The notes under the pieces: model-generated
What the model was told of the DNA's origin: nothing
Databases searched by the model: none
The model's input: the letters and a program-made list of their open reading frames with translations, nothing else
Source of the DNA: Chthoniobacteraceae bacterium
GTDB taxonomy: Bacteria; Verrucomicrobiota; Verrucomicrobiia; Chthoniobacterales; Chthoniobacteraceae
Assembly (NCBI GenBank): GCA_031409335.1
Contig: JANNWY010000310.1
Span: 1 to 44,826 of the forward strand
Length of the DNA: 44,826 nucleotides
Direction of reading: 5' to 3'
Position numbers and translations under genes: made by a program
Shown: in pieces, positions 1 to 9,833 of the stretch
Layout of the letters: each line of letters starts with the position of its first letter
How positions within the stretch are numbered: position 1 is the first letter of the stretch

Positions 1-265
1 CCAAGTGCCCGCGGCCCCCCCCCCGGCGCAGGGTTGGGGGGGGCCCCCCCCCCCCCCCCCGGGGGGCCCTGGGTGGGGGGGGGGGGGCCCCCCCCACGAA
101 CTGCTGGCCGACGGGGCGCCTGCCCTACTTCACGGCGGCAACCGCAGGCTCGCCATGCTGCCGCGTTTCGAGAAGAGTGGCAGCGGCTCATTCAATCCAC
201 ATGCCAGCCATCGAGTCAGAGCGTGTAATCCTCGGAGGCGTTTCCTTCTTTCAAAAAACAGTCAC

Positions 266-3200
266 ATGGCCGCTGAACGAACCTGTCCGCAGTGCGGGAC
301 GAACCTAACCTCCGACGCGCTGGAAGGGCTCTGCCCGACGTGCGTGGGCCGCGCGGTCTTTGCCAACGCAGACGCGGCGGAAATCACCCCGGAGATCGAA
401 GCCGAATTCGCGCGCCTGAAGCCCGAGGAAATCGGCGACCAGATCGGCACGTATAAATTGATGGAGCAAATCGGCCAGGGTGGTTTCGGGACGGTCTGGG
501 TCGCGGATCAGGAGAAGCCCGTGCGGCGCCGCGTCGCGCTGAAGATCATCAAGCTGGGGATGGACACGAAGGAAGTCATCGCGCGTTTCGAGCAGGAGCG
601 GCAGGCGCTGGCGATGATGGATCATCCGCACATTGCGAAAGTCCTGGACGCCGGCGCGACGCAGTGGGGCCGGCCGTTCTTCGTCATGGAATTGGTGCGC
701 GGAATCAAGATCACCGACTACTGCGATCAGGCGAATCTCCCGACCGCGGACCGGCTCGCGCTTTTCATCCAGGTCTGCCAGGCGGTGCAGCACGCGCATC
801 AGAAAGGCATCATCCACCGCGACCTCAAGCCCTCGAACATCCTTGTCACCCTGCACGACGGCGTGCCCGTGCCGAAGGTCATCGACTTCGGCGTGGCCAA
901 GGCGACGCAGAAGCAGCGGCTCACGGACCTCACGATCTACACGCAGTTCCAGCAGATGATCGGTACGCCGCTCTACATGTCGCCGGAGCAGGCGGAGATG
1001 AGCGGTCTCGACATCGACACGCGCAGCGACATCTACAGCCTCGGCGTGCTGCTTTACGAATTGCTCACGGGCCGCACGCCGTTCGATCCCGAGGAACTGA
1101 TGAAGCAGGGCTTGGATGAAATCCGCCGCACCATCCGCGAGCAGGAGCCGCAGACGCCTTCGATGTTCCTCAAGACGATGGCTGGTGAGATGCGGATGCG
1201 TGTCGCGCAGCATCGACAGACCGATTCGGCGAAGCTTACCAGCCAAATCCGCGGCGATCTCGACTGGATCGTGATGAAGGCGCTCGAAAAGGACCGCGTG
1301 CGCCGCTATGACACCGCCAATGGACTGGCCAAGGATATCGAGCGGTATCTCGCCGATCAGCCGGTGCTCGCGCGACCGCCGAGTCAGGCATATCGGCTCA
1401 CGAAACTTGTCCGCCGCAATAAACTAGCCTTCGTCGCCGCGGGAATGGTGTCCTTGGCTGTTTTGCTGGCTTTCATCGTCCTCGTCGGAAGCGTGGCAAG
1501 AATCACCAAAGAAAAAGACCAAAAAGATCGAGCCCTCACGGAAAAAGGAATTGCACTTTGGGAAAAGGGCGCGGCCTTGGTGGAGTCGCAGACCAGCGCG
1601 CGGGAGGCGAAGGATCAGCTTTTCAACGCGCTCCTAAGTTCCGCCCGCGCAGGCCGCTTCAGTCGGCAGCCGGGGCAGCGGCTCGACAGCCTTGATGCTT
1701 TGGCGAAAGCCGCCGCCATCCATCCCGACGAGCGACTGCGCGACGAAGCCATCGCCGCGATGGCGCTGCCGGATGTGCGCCCCGGTCCGAGTTGGAAAAA
1801 TGATCAACCGGAGGATGTCGATGGCGCGTACCGGCTCTCGGTCACCGTGGATAAAAAGGATGAAAAGACACTCATCCTGCACTCGATCCCAGACGGGCGC
1901 GAGGTGCGCCGCATCGAAACCGGGCGGCTGAGGCGCGACATGACCCTCAGCCGCGATGGACGCTTTGTGGCGCAGCAAGATACCGATTTCAAACTGCGCA
2001 TCTGGCGCTTGAGCGATGGCCAGGCCGTGTTTGGCGATGAGCCGGGACGATGCGAGTGCTGGGCTTTCAGCGCGGATAACCGGCAGCTCGTGGCGGGGAA
2101 TGAGGATGAGATCGTGCGCTACGATTTGGAAATGGGACGCGAGATCAACCGCTGGCGCACGAGTGGAACGATCCACGCGCTCGCTTTTCATCCGGACGAT
2201 CGCCAGCTCGCCGTTGGCTACAAGAGTGCGAACGTCGTTTCCATTTACGCCGTCGATGGCACTCACGCCGCCGATTTGCCCGTGGGCGCGATGAACGTAT
2301 TTTGCCTCGCATGGCACCCTAACGGAAGACATCTCGCGGTCGGCGGTTCGGACCCGCGCATCCAAATCTGGGACGTGCCGGCAAAGCGCAAAGTCGCGAG
2401 CCTGGAGGGGCACGTGCAGGAGGTGACCTATCTCTATTTTCATCCGGACGGCAGCCTGCTCGTCTCGACTGGATGGGATGCAGTCCACCGCATGTGGGAA
2501 CCGTCGTCGGGGCGGCAGGTGTTGCAGTTTTCCCACCGGCTCAGCTCAATGGGGTTCAGCACCGATGGCCTGTGGATCGGCGCATTTGCAAATGGCGATG
2601 GCGGGCAGCTTCTCGAGGTCGCGGCTTGCCCGGAGTATCGCACGATCGTCAGCAGTCTCGGCGCGGGGCAGGGCGCGTATCTCGACGGTGGCATCAGCCC
2701 GGACGGACGGCTGGTGGCGATGGCGATGGATGACGGCGTGCGCGTTTGGGAAATCGCCAGCGGTCGTGAAGCGGCCTTCCTCCCGATCCTCCGCACGCGA
2801 TCGGTTTTCTTTCAGCCGGACGGGCGGGAGTTGATGACGTGCGGCGACACCGGCGTGCATCGCTGGCCGATCCCCGAACGCACGGATTCCGCCCAGCCGT
2901 TCCAAGTGGGTCCACCGCAAAGAATGACGCTGCCTTTTCCCATCCCGGAGAGCGCGCGCCGCAGCCGGGATGGCCGGCTCATCGCCGTCGCGAGCCAGCG
3001 GGCGGGCGTCGCGGTCGTCCTCGACGCGGCGACCGGCGCGATGCGGACGCCGCTCCTCGAGCATCCCAGCGTCGGATACGTCGCGCTGAGCCCGGATGGG
3101 AAGTGGCTTGCCACCGCAGGCTGGCACTCGTGGTTGGTCCGCTTGTGGAATGTGCAAACGGGGCAAATGGCGCACGAGTGGACACCGGGTACGCTCAACA

Positions 3201-3601
3201 TCGGCTTCACGCCCGACAGCCGCGCAGTGGTCAATATGCTCATGGAAGAGTGCGGCTTCTGGAGCGTCGAAACTTTTCAGCGCGTGCGCCGGGTGCCGCG
3301 CAACGCCTCCGCCTATCCCACCCCGGCCGCCTTTTCCCCCGATGAAGAACTCGTCGCCGTGGAAGTGACGCCGGGCGTGATCCAACTCACCGAACTGGCG
3401 ACAGGCCGTCTCGTGGCCACACTCACCGACCCCTTCGGCGATCGCGCGACGTGGATGAGCTTCACGCCGGATGGCACGCAGCTCGTCACCGCCGCAGCCT
3501 ATTCGAGGGCCATGCACATCTGGGATCTGCGCCGCATCCGCGCGCGGCTGAAAACGATGGGACTGGATTGGGCGTGGCCGGAGTTCCCGGAGAAGAGGTA
3601 G
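266..3601 (+). CDS. Ser/Thr protein kinase with N-terminal Zn-finger, TM segment and C-terminal WD40 repeats
   Basis: ATG at 266 gives CPQC..CPTC, then Hanks kinase motifs [41 protein letters not shown]; hydrophobic segment; repeated WD/WE-ending units. Confidence 0.93.
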   Translation: MAAERTCPQCGTNLTSDALEGLCPTCVGRAVFANADAAEITPEIEAEFARLKPEEIGDQIGTYKLMEQIGQGGFGTVWVADQEKPVRRRVALKIIKLGMDTKEVIARFEQERQALAMMDHPHIAKVLDAGATQWGRPFFVMELVRGIKITDYCDQANLPTADRLALFIQVCQAVQHAHQKGIIHRDLKPSNILVTLHDGVPVPKVIDFGVAKATQKQRLTDLTIYTQFQQMIGTPLYMSPEQAEMSGLDIDTRSDIYSLGVLLYELLTGRTPFDPEELMKQGLDEIRRTIREQEPQTPSMFLKTMAGEMRMRVAQHRQTDSAKLTSQIRGDLDWIVMKALEKDRVRRYDTANGLAKDIERYLADQPVLARPPSQAYRLTKLVRRNKLAFVAAGMVSLAVLLAFIVLVGSVARITKEKDQKDRALTEKGIALWEKGAALVESQTSAREAKDQLFNALLSSARAGRFSRQPGQRLDSLDALAKAAAIHPDERLRDEAIAAMALPDVRPGPSWKNDQPEDVDGAYRLSVTVDKKDEKTLILHSIPDGREVRRIETGRLRRDMTLSRDGRFVAQQDTDFKLRIWRLSDGQAVFGDEPGRCECWAFSADNRQLVAGNEDEIVRYDLEMGREINRWRTSGTIHALAFHPDDRQLAVGYKSANVVSIYAVDGTHAADLPVGAMNVFCLAWHPNGRHLAVGGSDPRIQIWDVPAKRKVASLEGHVQEVTYLYFHPDGSLLVSTGWDAVHRMWEPSSGRQVLQFSHRLSSMGFSTDGLWIGAFANGDGGQLLEVAACPEYRTIVSSLGAGQGAYLDGGISPDGRLVAMAMDDGVRVWEIASGREAAFLPILRTRSVFFQPDGRELMTCGDTGVHRWPIPERTDSAQPFQVGPPQRMTLPFPIPESARRSRDGRLIAVASQRAGVAVVLDAATGAMRTPLLEHPSVGYVALSPDGKWLATAGWHSWLVRLWNVQTGQMAHEWTPGTLNIGFTPDSRAVVNMLMEECGFWSVETFQRVRRVPRNASAYPTPAAFSPDEELVAVEVTPGVIQLTELATGRLVATLTDPFGDRATWMSFTPDGTQLVTAAAYSRAMHIWDLRRIRARLKTMGLDWAWPEFPEKR

Positions 3602-3689
3602 GAAGCCGCGCTGCGGTTCCCTGATCTATTGTGAATTTCTCCTTTCCAGTCCTTTGCTCGCTCAAATGGAGCATGTATGAACTCCGACG

Positions 3690-3887
3690 ATGAATCCGCT
3701 CAAAGTCGTCGGACGCAGAAAACCGCCGGGGACGCCGCAGGAGTGTCACGCGCTCGCGGCGAAACAATACCACGCGGCGATCGCCATGTCGCCCTATCCG
3801 CGGCCGCGGGGGTTCGTCTTCAAAGCGCGGACTTGGGAGGAATGGGAACGCTGGCGGCGCGAACACCCGAACCCCTGGCTTTGGTGA
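3690..3887 (+). CDS. small hypothetical protein, probable partner (antitoxin-like) of the downstream nucleotidyltransferase
   Basis: 65-aa ORF ending 13 nt before the NTase start; Trp/Arg-rich C-terminus RGFVFKARTWEEWERW. Confidence 0.6.
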   Translation: MNPLKVVGRRKPPGTPQECHALAAKQYHAAIAMSPYPRPRGFVFKARTWEEWERWRREHPNPWLW

Positions 3888-3900
3888 ACCATCGCGCGCC

Positions 3901-4365
3901 ATGCCCGAGTTGAGTCCCGTTCCGAAGGTTTGCGCGCTGCTCAATCGCCACGGCGCGCAGTATCTGATCGTCGGCGCGCAGGCGGCCATCCTCCACGGCT
4001 ATGTGCGCGACACGCATGACGTGGACATTCTCATCCCCGAAGACCTCTCGAATCACGCCCGCATCATCGCCGCGCTCTCCGAACTCGAAGACCACGCCGC
4101 CGCGGAGCTCACGCCGCAGGATTTGATCGAGAATGTCGTCGTCAAGATCGCGGATGAGGTCGAGGTGGACGTGAGCACGCGCGCCTGGAAAGTCACCTTC
4201 GCCGAGGCGGTGCCGACCGCGCTGCGGGTCACGATCGAAGGAGTCGAGATCCCCTTCCTCGCCTTGCCCACCTTGATCGCATCGAAAGAAACCTACCGCG
4301 ATCAAGACCGGGTGGACGTGCAACGCTTGCGCGCACTGCTCGAGCGGCAGCGGGGCGCTGGTTGA
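3901..4365 (+). CDS. nucleotidyltransferase family protein (DUF6036/AbiEii-like)
   Basis: YLIVGAQAAILHGYVRDTHDVDILI (G-[GA]...T-x-D-x-D) and C-terminal LIASK..RDQDRVD. Confidence 0.82.
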   Translation: MPELSPVPKVCALLNRHGAQYLIVGAQAAILHGYVRDTHDVDILIPEDLSNHARIIAALSELEDHAAAELTPQDLIENVVVKIADEVEVDVSTRAWKVTFAEAVPTALRVTIEGVEIPFLALPTLIASKETYRDQDRVDVQRLRALLERQRGAG

Positions 4366-4548
4366 GCGGCGCGCCGCGGGTGAAAAGGCGGCGTTTGGGA
4401 AGAAAGTTCACTTTTCCTGAAATCCTGCGCGGCGGTTCCTTCTTTAGAGGGTGAAGACGAAGGCTGGGTCGGGGCGGTCGCGAACTCCGGTTCGCGCCCG
4501 CTGCGGCTGGCCTCGAAAAGTCATCACCTCAACAAGAAAGAACTAAAC

Positions 4549-5412
4549 GTGAACACATCATTCAGAAAATCAGACGGGGCGGGCGCGACGAAAACGACGG
4601 GCTTGATCCTGGCATCCATCATCTTAACGGCGGGGCTGCACTCCGCATCGGCGCAAGTCCTCTACTCGACCGGCTTTGAAAATCCACCATTCGCCAATGG
4701 CTCGATCCTGCTCGGCCAGGACGGCTGGTCCACCGCCATCCCGCCTTTCCTGAATCCCAACGCGGCCACGATCACCAATTCCGTCGCGCAGAGCGGAACG
4801 CAGTCGGTGCGGGTGCGCGGTGTCGATCTGGTCGCCGCGCCCGAGGTTTCCCCGTATGGGGCGGTCGGCTCGTATCGCCGCCCGATCGGTTACGATGCGG
4901 GAGCAGGAGGGCCGTCCAGCGTCCAAATTCTGGCCGGCGTGCGGCTGGATGGACCGACGCTGGGGACCGGGGATTTCTTTTCCGCAAACATCGCTGCGCG
5001 GATCGGCGATGGGTTTGCCGGGGAGCTATCGCTGTCCTCGGATGGCTTCGTCTATGGCTACGTCGGCACCGGGGTGGACATCCCTATTTTCACCACGCCC
5101 ACGCCGATCGCGCTCAACGCCTGGCACACGCTCGGCATCCTGGTGGATTTCGCGGCGAATACTTACACGTTTTCCGTCGATGGCACTTCGTCGAGTGCGT
5201 TCGCGTTCGAGCCGGGCGTTGTCTCCGATGTGCTCGTGCGCGAATCGCTCGTGGTCTATTCGCGGCCCGATGCAGGCACGAATTTGAAGAGCAATTACAC
5301 TGCTTATTACGACAACGTCTCGGCGACCGCCGTACCGGAGCCGGGGAGCGCGGGGTTGCTGGCTGCTGGATTTGCGACCGTGCTGGGCCTTCGTCGCCGC
5401 GCGCGCCGCTAG
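4549..5412 (+). CDS. PEP-CTERM sorting domain-containing secreted protein
   Basis: signal peptide (LILASIILTAGLHSASAQ); C-terminal VPEPGSAGLLAAGFATVLGLRRRARR. Confidence 0.92.
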   Translation: MNTSFRKSDGAGATKTTGLILASIILTAGLHSASAQVLYSTGFENPPFANGSILLGQDGWSTAIPPFLNPNAATITNSVAQSGTQSVRVRGVDLVAAPEVSPYGAVGSYRRPIGYDAGAGGPSSVQILAGVRLDGPTLGTGDFFSANIAARIGDGFAGELSLSSDGFVYGYVGTGVDIPIFTTPTPIALNAWHTLGILVDFAANTYTFSVDGTSSSAFAFEPGVVSDVLVRESLVVYSRPDAGTNLKSNYTAYYDNVSATAVPEPGSAGLLAAGFATVLGLRRRARR

Positions 5413-5455
5413 CCGACTGCTCGGAAAAATCTCCCTACCATGAAAACCGGACGCC

Positions 5456-5494
5456 GGGGTGGCGGACGCCTGCCGCGATAGGCGTCGCCACCCC
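5456..5494. repeat. GC-rich hairpin (REP-like or terminator) downstream of the PEP-CTERM gene
   Basis: ggggtggc(g)gacgcct-gccgcgat-aggcgtcgccacccc, 15-bp stem with one bulge. Confidence 0.6.
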
Positions 5495-5497
5495 TGA

Positions 5498-5758
5498 CGG
5501 CGAGAAGGCGAACGGCTGCGCGTTTTCATCCAGCGCGAGCCGGCACACAATGATGTGACCATCGAAGTCCAGGCCGCCGACAGTCCCGCGGGTGCGTGGT
5601 CGATGCTGGCCATCAGCACGCTCGGCGCGCCGTTCTCCGGTCCCGGTTACGTCTCCGGCGACGATTCCACGCCGACTCCGAAAACCGTGGAAGTGCGTGA
5701 CACTGTGAATGTCAGCGAAAGCGCGGCGCGATTCATTCGGGTGCAGGTGACGCATTGA
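5498..5758 (+). pseudogene. orphan C-terminal remnant of a secreted surface protein
   Basis: RLRVFIQREPAHNDVTIEVQAADSPAGAWS...VEVRDT..ARFIRVQVTH* resembles the terminal beta domain of verrucomicrobial secreted proteins; no signal peptide or N-terminal part. Confidence 0.55.
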
Positions 5759-5932
5759 ACAGAACCGGCGCTGGCCGGTGATGGGCGGGTGATTAGAACT
5801 GCGGGGCGCTTCTGCCGCCACTCCCTGCCTGCCACAGTCAACTCCGTGCATGCGAGGCACCCGTGCGCCGGGCCGGAATTTGCAACGACCCCTCGCCATC
5901 GCGAGCCGGCTCCGCTACATGCCGGGGGATTC

Positions 5933-7109
5933 ATGCGGACCCTGCCCCTCAAGCCCAATCACAAGCGAGTTGCCGCCTACCATGCCTCGCTCGCCGACTT
6001 TGCCAAGCTCGGCGTGAAGCACGAGACCGCCGTCTGCGCCGCGTTTCAGGCGTTGCTGGAAGACTGCACCTCGCTCGTCAACAAAGGCCGGGCCGACAAG
6101 TGGAAGCTCGTCCCCGAGTATTCGCTGAAGACCAAAGCGGGCGCGAAAATCACGCCCGACGGCGCGCTGCTCGACAGCTTCCGCCTCATGCACGGCCTGT
6201 GGGAGGCGAAAGACACCGCCGACGACCTCGACAAGGAGATCACGAAGAAATTCAAGCTCGGCTACCCGCGCGACAACATTCTCTTCCAGTCGCCCACCCG
6301 CGCTGTGCTCGTGCAGGATGGCGCGCGCGCTCGATCTCGACATCACCAAGCCGGACAACCTCGTCACCGTTCTCAAAGGCTTCTTCGAGTATCAGGCCCC
6401 GGCCTTCGACGAGTGGGAGAAGGCCGTCGCCGACTTCAAGGACCGGCTCCCGGAGATCGGCAAGCAGATGACCGACATCGTCCGCGCCGAGAAGAAGGTG
6501 AACAAAAAGTTCGCCGAGGCTTTCGACGGTTTCGTCGCTCTCTGCCAGCAAGCGCTCAATCCGCACCTGCGGGTGGAAGCCGTCGAGGAAATGCTCATCC
6601 AGCACATCCTCACCGAGCGCATCTTCCGCAAGATTTTCGACGTGGGCGAGTTCATGCAGCGCAACAACATCGCCGCCGAGATCGAGAAGGTTGTCATCGC
6701 CTTGACCAGCCGCTCCTTTTCACGCGATAAGTTCCTCAAGGAACTCGACCGCTTCTACGTCGCCATCGAAGACGTCGCCGACACCATCCCGGACTTTTCC
6801 GAGAAGCAGAAGTTCCTCAACACGGTCTATGAGCAGTTCTTCCAGGGCTTCGCGGTCGAGCGCGCGGATACCCTCGGCATCGTCTATACCCCGCAAGAGA
6901 TTGTCGATTTCATGCTCGCGAGCGTGGAGGAGGTTTTGAAGTCGGAGTTTGGCCGCGCGCTCGGCGATCCCGGCGTCCACGTCATCGATCCCTTCGTCGG
7001 CACCGGCAACTTCATGGTCAATCTCATCCGCCGTCTGCCGAAGACGCGGCTGGAGCACAAATACCGGCACGAGCTGCGCTCTGGCGTAGAGCTTGCATTG
7101 AGTAGCTGA
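5933..7109 (+). pseudogene. type ISP/IIG-like restriction-modification enzyme, N-terminal part (frameshifted and truncated)
   Basis: PD..EAK nuclease (ITPDGALLD..WEAKD) in one frame; GIVYTPQEIVDF and SAM-binding IDPFVGTGNF in another; frameshift at (GC)5 6321-6330; resemblance ends after KYRHEL (~7076); no NPPY motif. Confidence 0.85.
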
Positions 7110-7133
7110 ACCCTCGAACAGTAGCGAAAACCG

Positions 7134-7790
7134 ATGATTGAAGCCGTCGTCCAACTATTCTCGATCACGCTGGAAGCCTTTTTTCCGCGGCCAAAGCCCT
7201 TTGCGAAGGACAAGATCGATCAAATCGCGGAGTGGCTCACAGATTCTACCGACGGCTTTGCACTGCGGCCCGACCAAGTGCGCGTTCGGCACACCGACAT
7301 CATCTTCGACTACGTGTTGAGCGCGAGTTTCTATGGCGGTAACGCGACGTTTCTCCGCGATGCAGAAAAGGCGGTGCTCTTCGCACGAGGAGCGAGGACA
7401 CGGCAGGATGCCGATTTGCTTCGCGGAGCAGCAATGCGGTTTGCTCGATTCGCCGCATCGGAGGAGAAACTTCCGCTGATGTTTTCTGCAAACGCCCACG
7501 CATCATTACCAACAACTGACCATCGAGAGCAGTTCCTCAAAGGGCTCCGGCCTGATCCACGGGTGACTAGCCCGGGAGCCTTGGGTTACGTCCAGCTTGA
7601 TGGATGGCCAGACGCGGTTCGTGTCGCCATTGAGCCGTCGTTCAATGCGCCTCAGAGTCTGTTTTTTTCGTGGCAAACCAACTTGGGCGCGTCGGAAGAC
7701 TGGCAGAGCACTTTTGAAACGCTCGTTGGCGTTATCGAAGAAGCTACGACAGTGTATGGCGTCCAGTTCTCACCCCTCGCAGAATCATGA
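7134..7790 (+). CDS. uncharacterised 218-aa protein, homologue of 19099-19758
   Basis: clean ORF; ATGA overlap with the next gene; aligns without gaps to the protein at 19099-19758. Confidence 0.8.
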   Translation: MIEAVVQLFSITLEAFFPRPKPFAKDKIDQIAEWLTDSTDGFALRPDQVRVRHTDIIFDYVLSASFYGGNATFLRDAEKAVLFARGARTRQDADLLRGAAMRFARFAASEEKLPLMFSANAHASLPTTDHREQFLKGLRPDPRVTSPGALGYVQLDGWPDAVRVAIEPSFNAPQSLFFSWQTNLGASEDWQSTFETLVGVIEEATTVYGVQFSPLAES

Positions 7791-8086
7791 ATACTGTATT
7801 TCGCCAACCATCGATCCGAGAACAGCGCACTCTTGGTGGATCAGTTTATTCGCTTCACCAAGCTGGAAGCGGAGATCGTAGCATCAATATTGGCATTCGT
7901 TTGTGGACTGCTCCGATACCATTCAACTCGCAGGGACATTTTGCTCCGGTGGCGAGTGAAGAGCTGTTGAAGAATCGGCAACCTGCGATCCTACAAGTCC
8001 AGACTCGTAGGCGGAAACTTCCCGTGGTTAAGGCGACAGGGAGACCCATCGTGCAAGCTGAGATAGACGATGCCTTCGACGACTGA
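7787..8086 (+). CDS. putative antitoxin with atypical N-terminal extension
   Basis: overlaps both neighbours; C-terminus KLPVVKATGRPIVQAEIDDAFDD resembles VapB toxin-binding tails. Confidence 0.6.
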   Translation: MNTVFRQPSIREQRTLGGSVYSLHQAGSGDRSINIGIRLWTAPIPFNSQGHFAPVASEELLKNRQPAILQVQTRRRKLPVVKATGRPIVQAEIDDAFDD

Positions 8087-8513
8087 AGCGTTACTCGATG
8101 TGAACGTCCTCATCGCGTCGGTTTTCGAGGACCACATGCATCACGCACGCGCCCGGACCTTCGTCGAAGGGCTCGAACATTTCTACACATGTCCCACCAC
8201 GCAGGGTGGCTTCCTTCGGTTTGCAACTCGACCTTGGAAGGACGCCGAGAAAGTCCCGCAACCGCCTCGGCTGAGCATGTCAGCCGCGCATGCAAGACTG
8301 AAAGAGTTGGTTGAGGCAGATGGGCACGTTTTCCTTCCCGACGATCTGTCATTCGTTGATTTGTCGCTGCGTTCAATGCAGGGACATCTCCAGTGGACGG
8401 ATGCTTACCTCTTGAAACTCGCGAGCCGTCACAGTTTGCGCTTTGCATCGATCGAGAGTCGGATGGCGAACCTCGATGATCCAACTTCTCCCGCTCTCGT
8501 TGTCGTTCCATAG
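8070..8513 (+). CDS. vapC: PIN-domain VapC family ribonuclease toxin
   Basis: LLDVNVLIA, HMHHARAR, CPTTQGGFLR, WTDAYLLKLA. Confidence 0.88.
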   Translation: MPSTTEALLDVNVLIASVFEDHMHHARARTFVEGLEHFYTCPTTQGGFLRFATRPWKDAEKVPQPPRLSMSAAHARLKELVEADGHVFLPDDLSFVDLSLRSMQGHLQWTDAYLLKLASRHSLRFASIESRMANLDDPTSPALVVVP

Positions 8514-8520
8514 GCGCGCC

Positions 8521-8682
8521 ATCCCGCTCTCGACGCTGGTGCGGTTCCAGAATCACTACGGCGACGAGGCGATCACCAAGTGGGACATCTTCCACTACGT
8601 CTATGCGGTGCTGCATCACCCGGAGTATCGCACCCGCTACGTTGCCAACCTCCGCCGCGAACTCCCGCGCATTCCGATGGTC
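8521..8682 (+). pseudogene. C-terminal specificity-domain remnant of the type ISP-like RM enzyme
   Basis: HYGDEAITKWDIFHYVYAVLHHPEYRTRYVANLRRELPRIP is the characteristic type ISP C-terminal motif; no start codon. Confidence 0.82.
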
Positions 8683-8698
8683 GCTCCCGGCCCATCCT

Positions 8699-8788
8699 CG
8701 GTCCCAAACTCCGTTTGGGACCGCAAGAAGGGGCGAAACTCTGTTTCGCAGCGGCTGGGCTCCGCGCCACAGGCAACGGAGTTGACCC
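8699..8788. repeat. REP-like multi-hairpin element
   Basis: cggtcccaaac-tcc-gtttgggaccg (8699-8723), gcgaaac-tct-gtttcgc (8733-8749), degenerate ggcaac-gga-gttg (~8772-8787). Confidence 0.7.
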
Positions 8789-8816
8789 ACGATTCCCTTC
8801 GCCTATTGAACTACCA

Positions 8817-9743
8817 ATGCCAATCCCTCCCTATAACGAAATCAAAGCGCCCGCACTCGCCTTCTTTGCCGATGGCAATCCTCATCGCATTAAAGAGGTG
8901 TTCGAGGTTTTAGCACCAATCTTTCATTTAACCGAGGATGACTTGAACGAATTGGTCCCCAGCGGCGTTCAGCTTCGCTGGAATGCCCGAGCGAGTTGGG
9001 CCTGTTCTGACCTCTATCGTGCGGGATTGCTGACGCAGTTGAAAAAGGGTCTTTACCAGATCACGGACCAAGGGAAGGCAGTCGCGGCGCAGAAGCCTGC
9101 CGTGATCGATCGCGCTTTTCTAATGCAGTTTGAACCGTTCAGAAAGTTCGTGTCCGATAGGAAATCGAGTGGCAGTGATCCCGCCAATGCGAAAGAAACT
9201 CGGCTGCAAGCGCCTGAAGAAGAAGGCACCCCCGAAGAACGAATCGAGGCTGCATACATGGAGCTGAGCGGAACACTGGTGGCGGATCTGCTGGCGAGAC
9301 TGGGGACGGTGAATCCCTTTCGCTTTGAACAAGTCGTTCTCGATCTGCTCGTAGCCATGGGATACGGCGGATCGCGGAAAGAAGCAGCCGCCGTAACACA
9401 GAAGACCGGCGACGAAGGAATCGACGGGGTGATCAACGAGGACCGGTTGGGCCTCGATGTGATTTATGTCCAGGCGAAGCGATGGAAGTCGAACGTCGGA
9501 CGTCCCGAGATTCAGAACTTCGTCGGCGCGCTGGCAGGGAAGAAGGCAGCCAAAGGCGTCTTCATCACGACGAGTGCATTTCACGACAACGCGCGTGAAT
9601 ACGCAGCAGGACTCCACCAGAAAGTCATCCTGATCGACGGTCAACGGCTCGCAGAGCTGATGATCGAACATGGGATCGGCGTCGCCGAGGAACACGCCTA
9701 CCACGTCAAAAAGATCGACAGCGACTATTTCGAGGAGAGCTGA
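8817..9743 (+). CDS. mrr: Mrr modification-dependent restriction endonuclease
   Basis: Mrr N-terminal domain (MPIPPYNEI..LVPSG..RWNARASWA), TPEERIE, FEQVVLDLLVAMGYG, DEGIDG, YVQAKRW. Confidence 0.92.
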   Translation: MPIPPYNEIKAPALAFFADGNPHRIKEVFEVLAPIFHLTEDDLNELVPSGVQLRWNARASWACSDLYRAGLLTQLKKGLYQITDQGKAVAAQKPAVIDRAFLMQFEPFRKFVSDRKSSGSDPANAKETRLQAPEEEGTPEERIEAAYMELSGTLVADLLARLGTVNPFRFEQVVLDLLVAMGYGGSRKEAAAVTQKTGDEGIDGVINEDRLGLDVIYVQAKRWKSNVGRPEIQNFVGALAGKKAAKGVFITTSAFHDNAREYAAGLHQKVILIDGQRLAELMIEHGIGVAEEHAYHVKKIDSDYFEES

Positions 9744-9833
9744 CGTAACGCCGCGTTGCCAAACATCCATTGCTCTTTCAATGATCGCGTAGCGGATTGT
9801 TGCCGACACTGCAGGAATCAATACAAAGACTCC

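Noticed and set aside
1..95. Long C and G homopolymer runs giving a Pro/Gly-rich N-terminus to ORF 5..3601 (possible G-quadruplex or phase-variable tract)
   Set aside because: At the sequence edge and typical of low-quality read ends; the kinase has a convincing start at 266
7077..8530. cgctct hexamer near both cassette junctions as a possible target-site duplication
   Set aside because: Six GC-rich bases are expected by chance, and RM sequence is missing, which does not fit a simple insertion with duplication
8580..8816. 79-aa N-terminal extension of Mrr in the ORF track
   Set aside because: Runs through the RM remnant in another frame and through the repeat; Mrr-like sequence starts at MPIPPY (8817)
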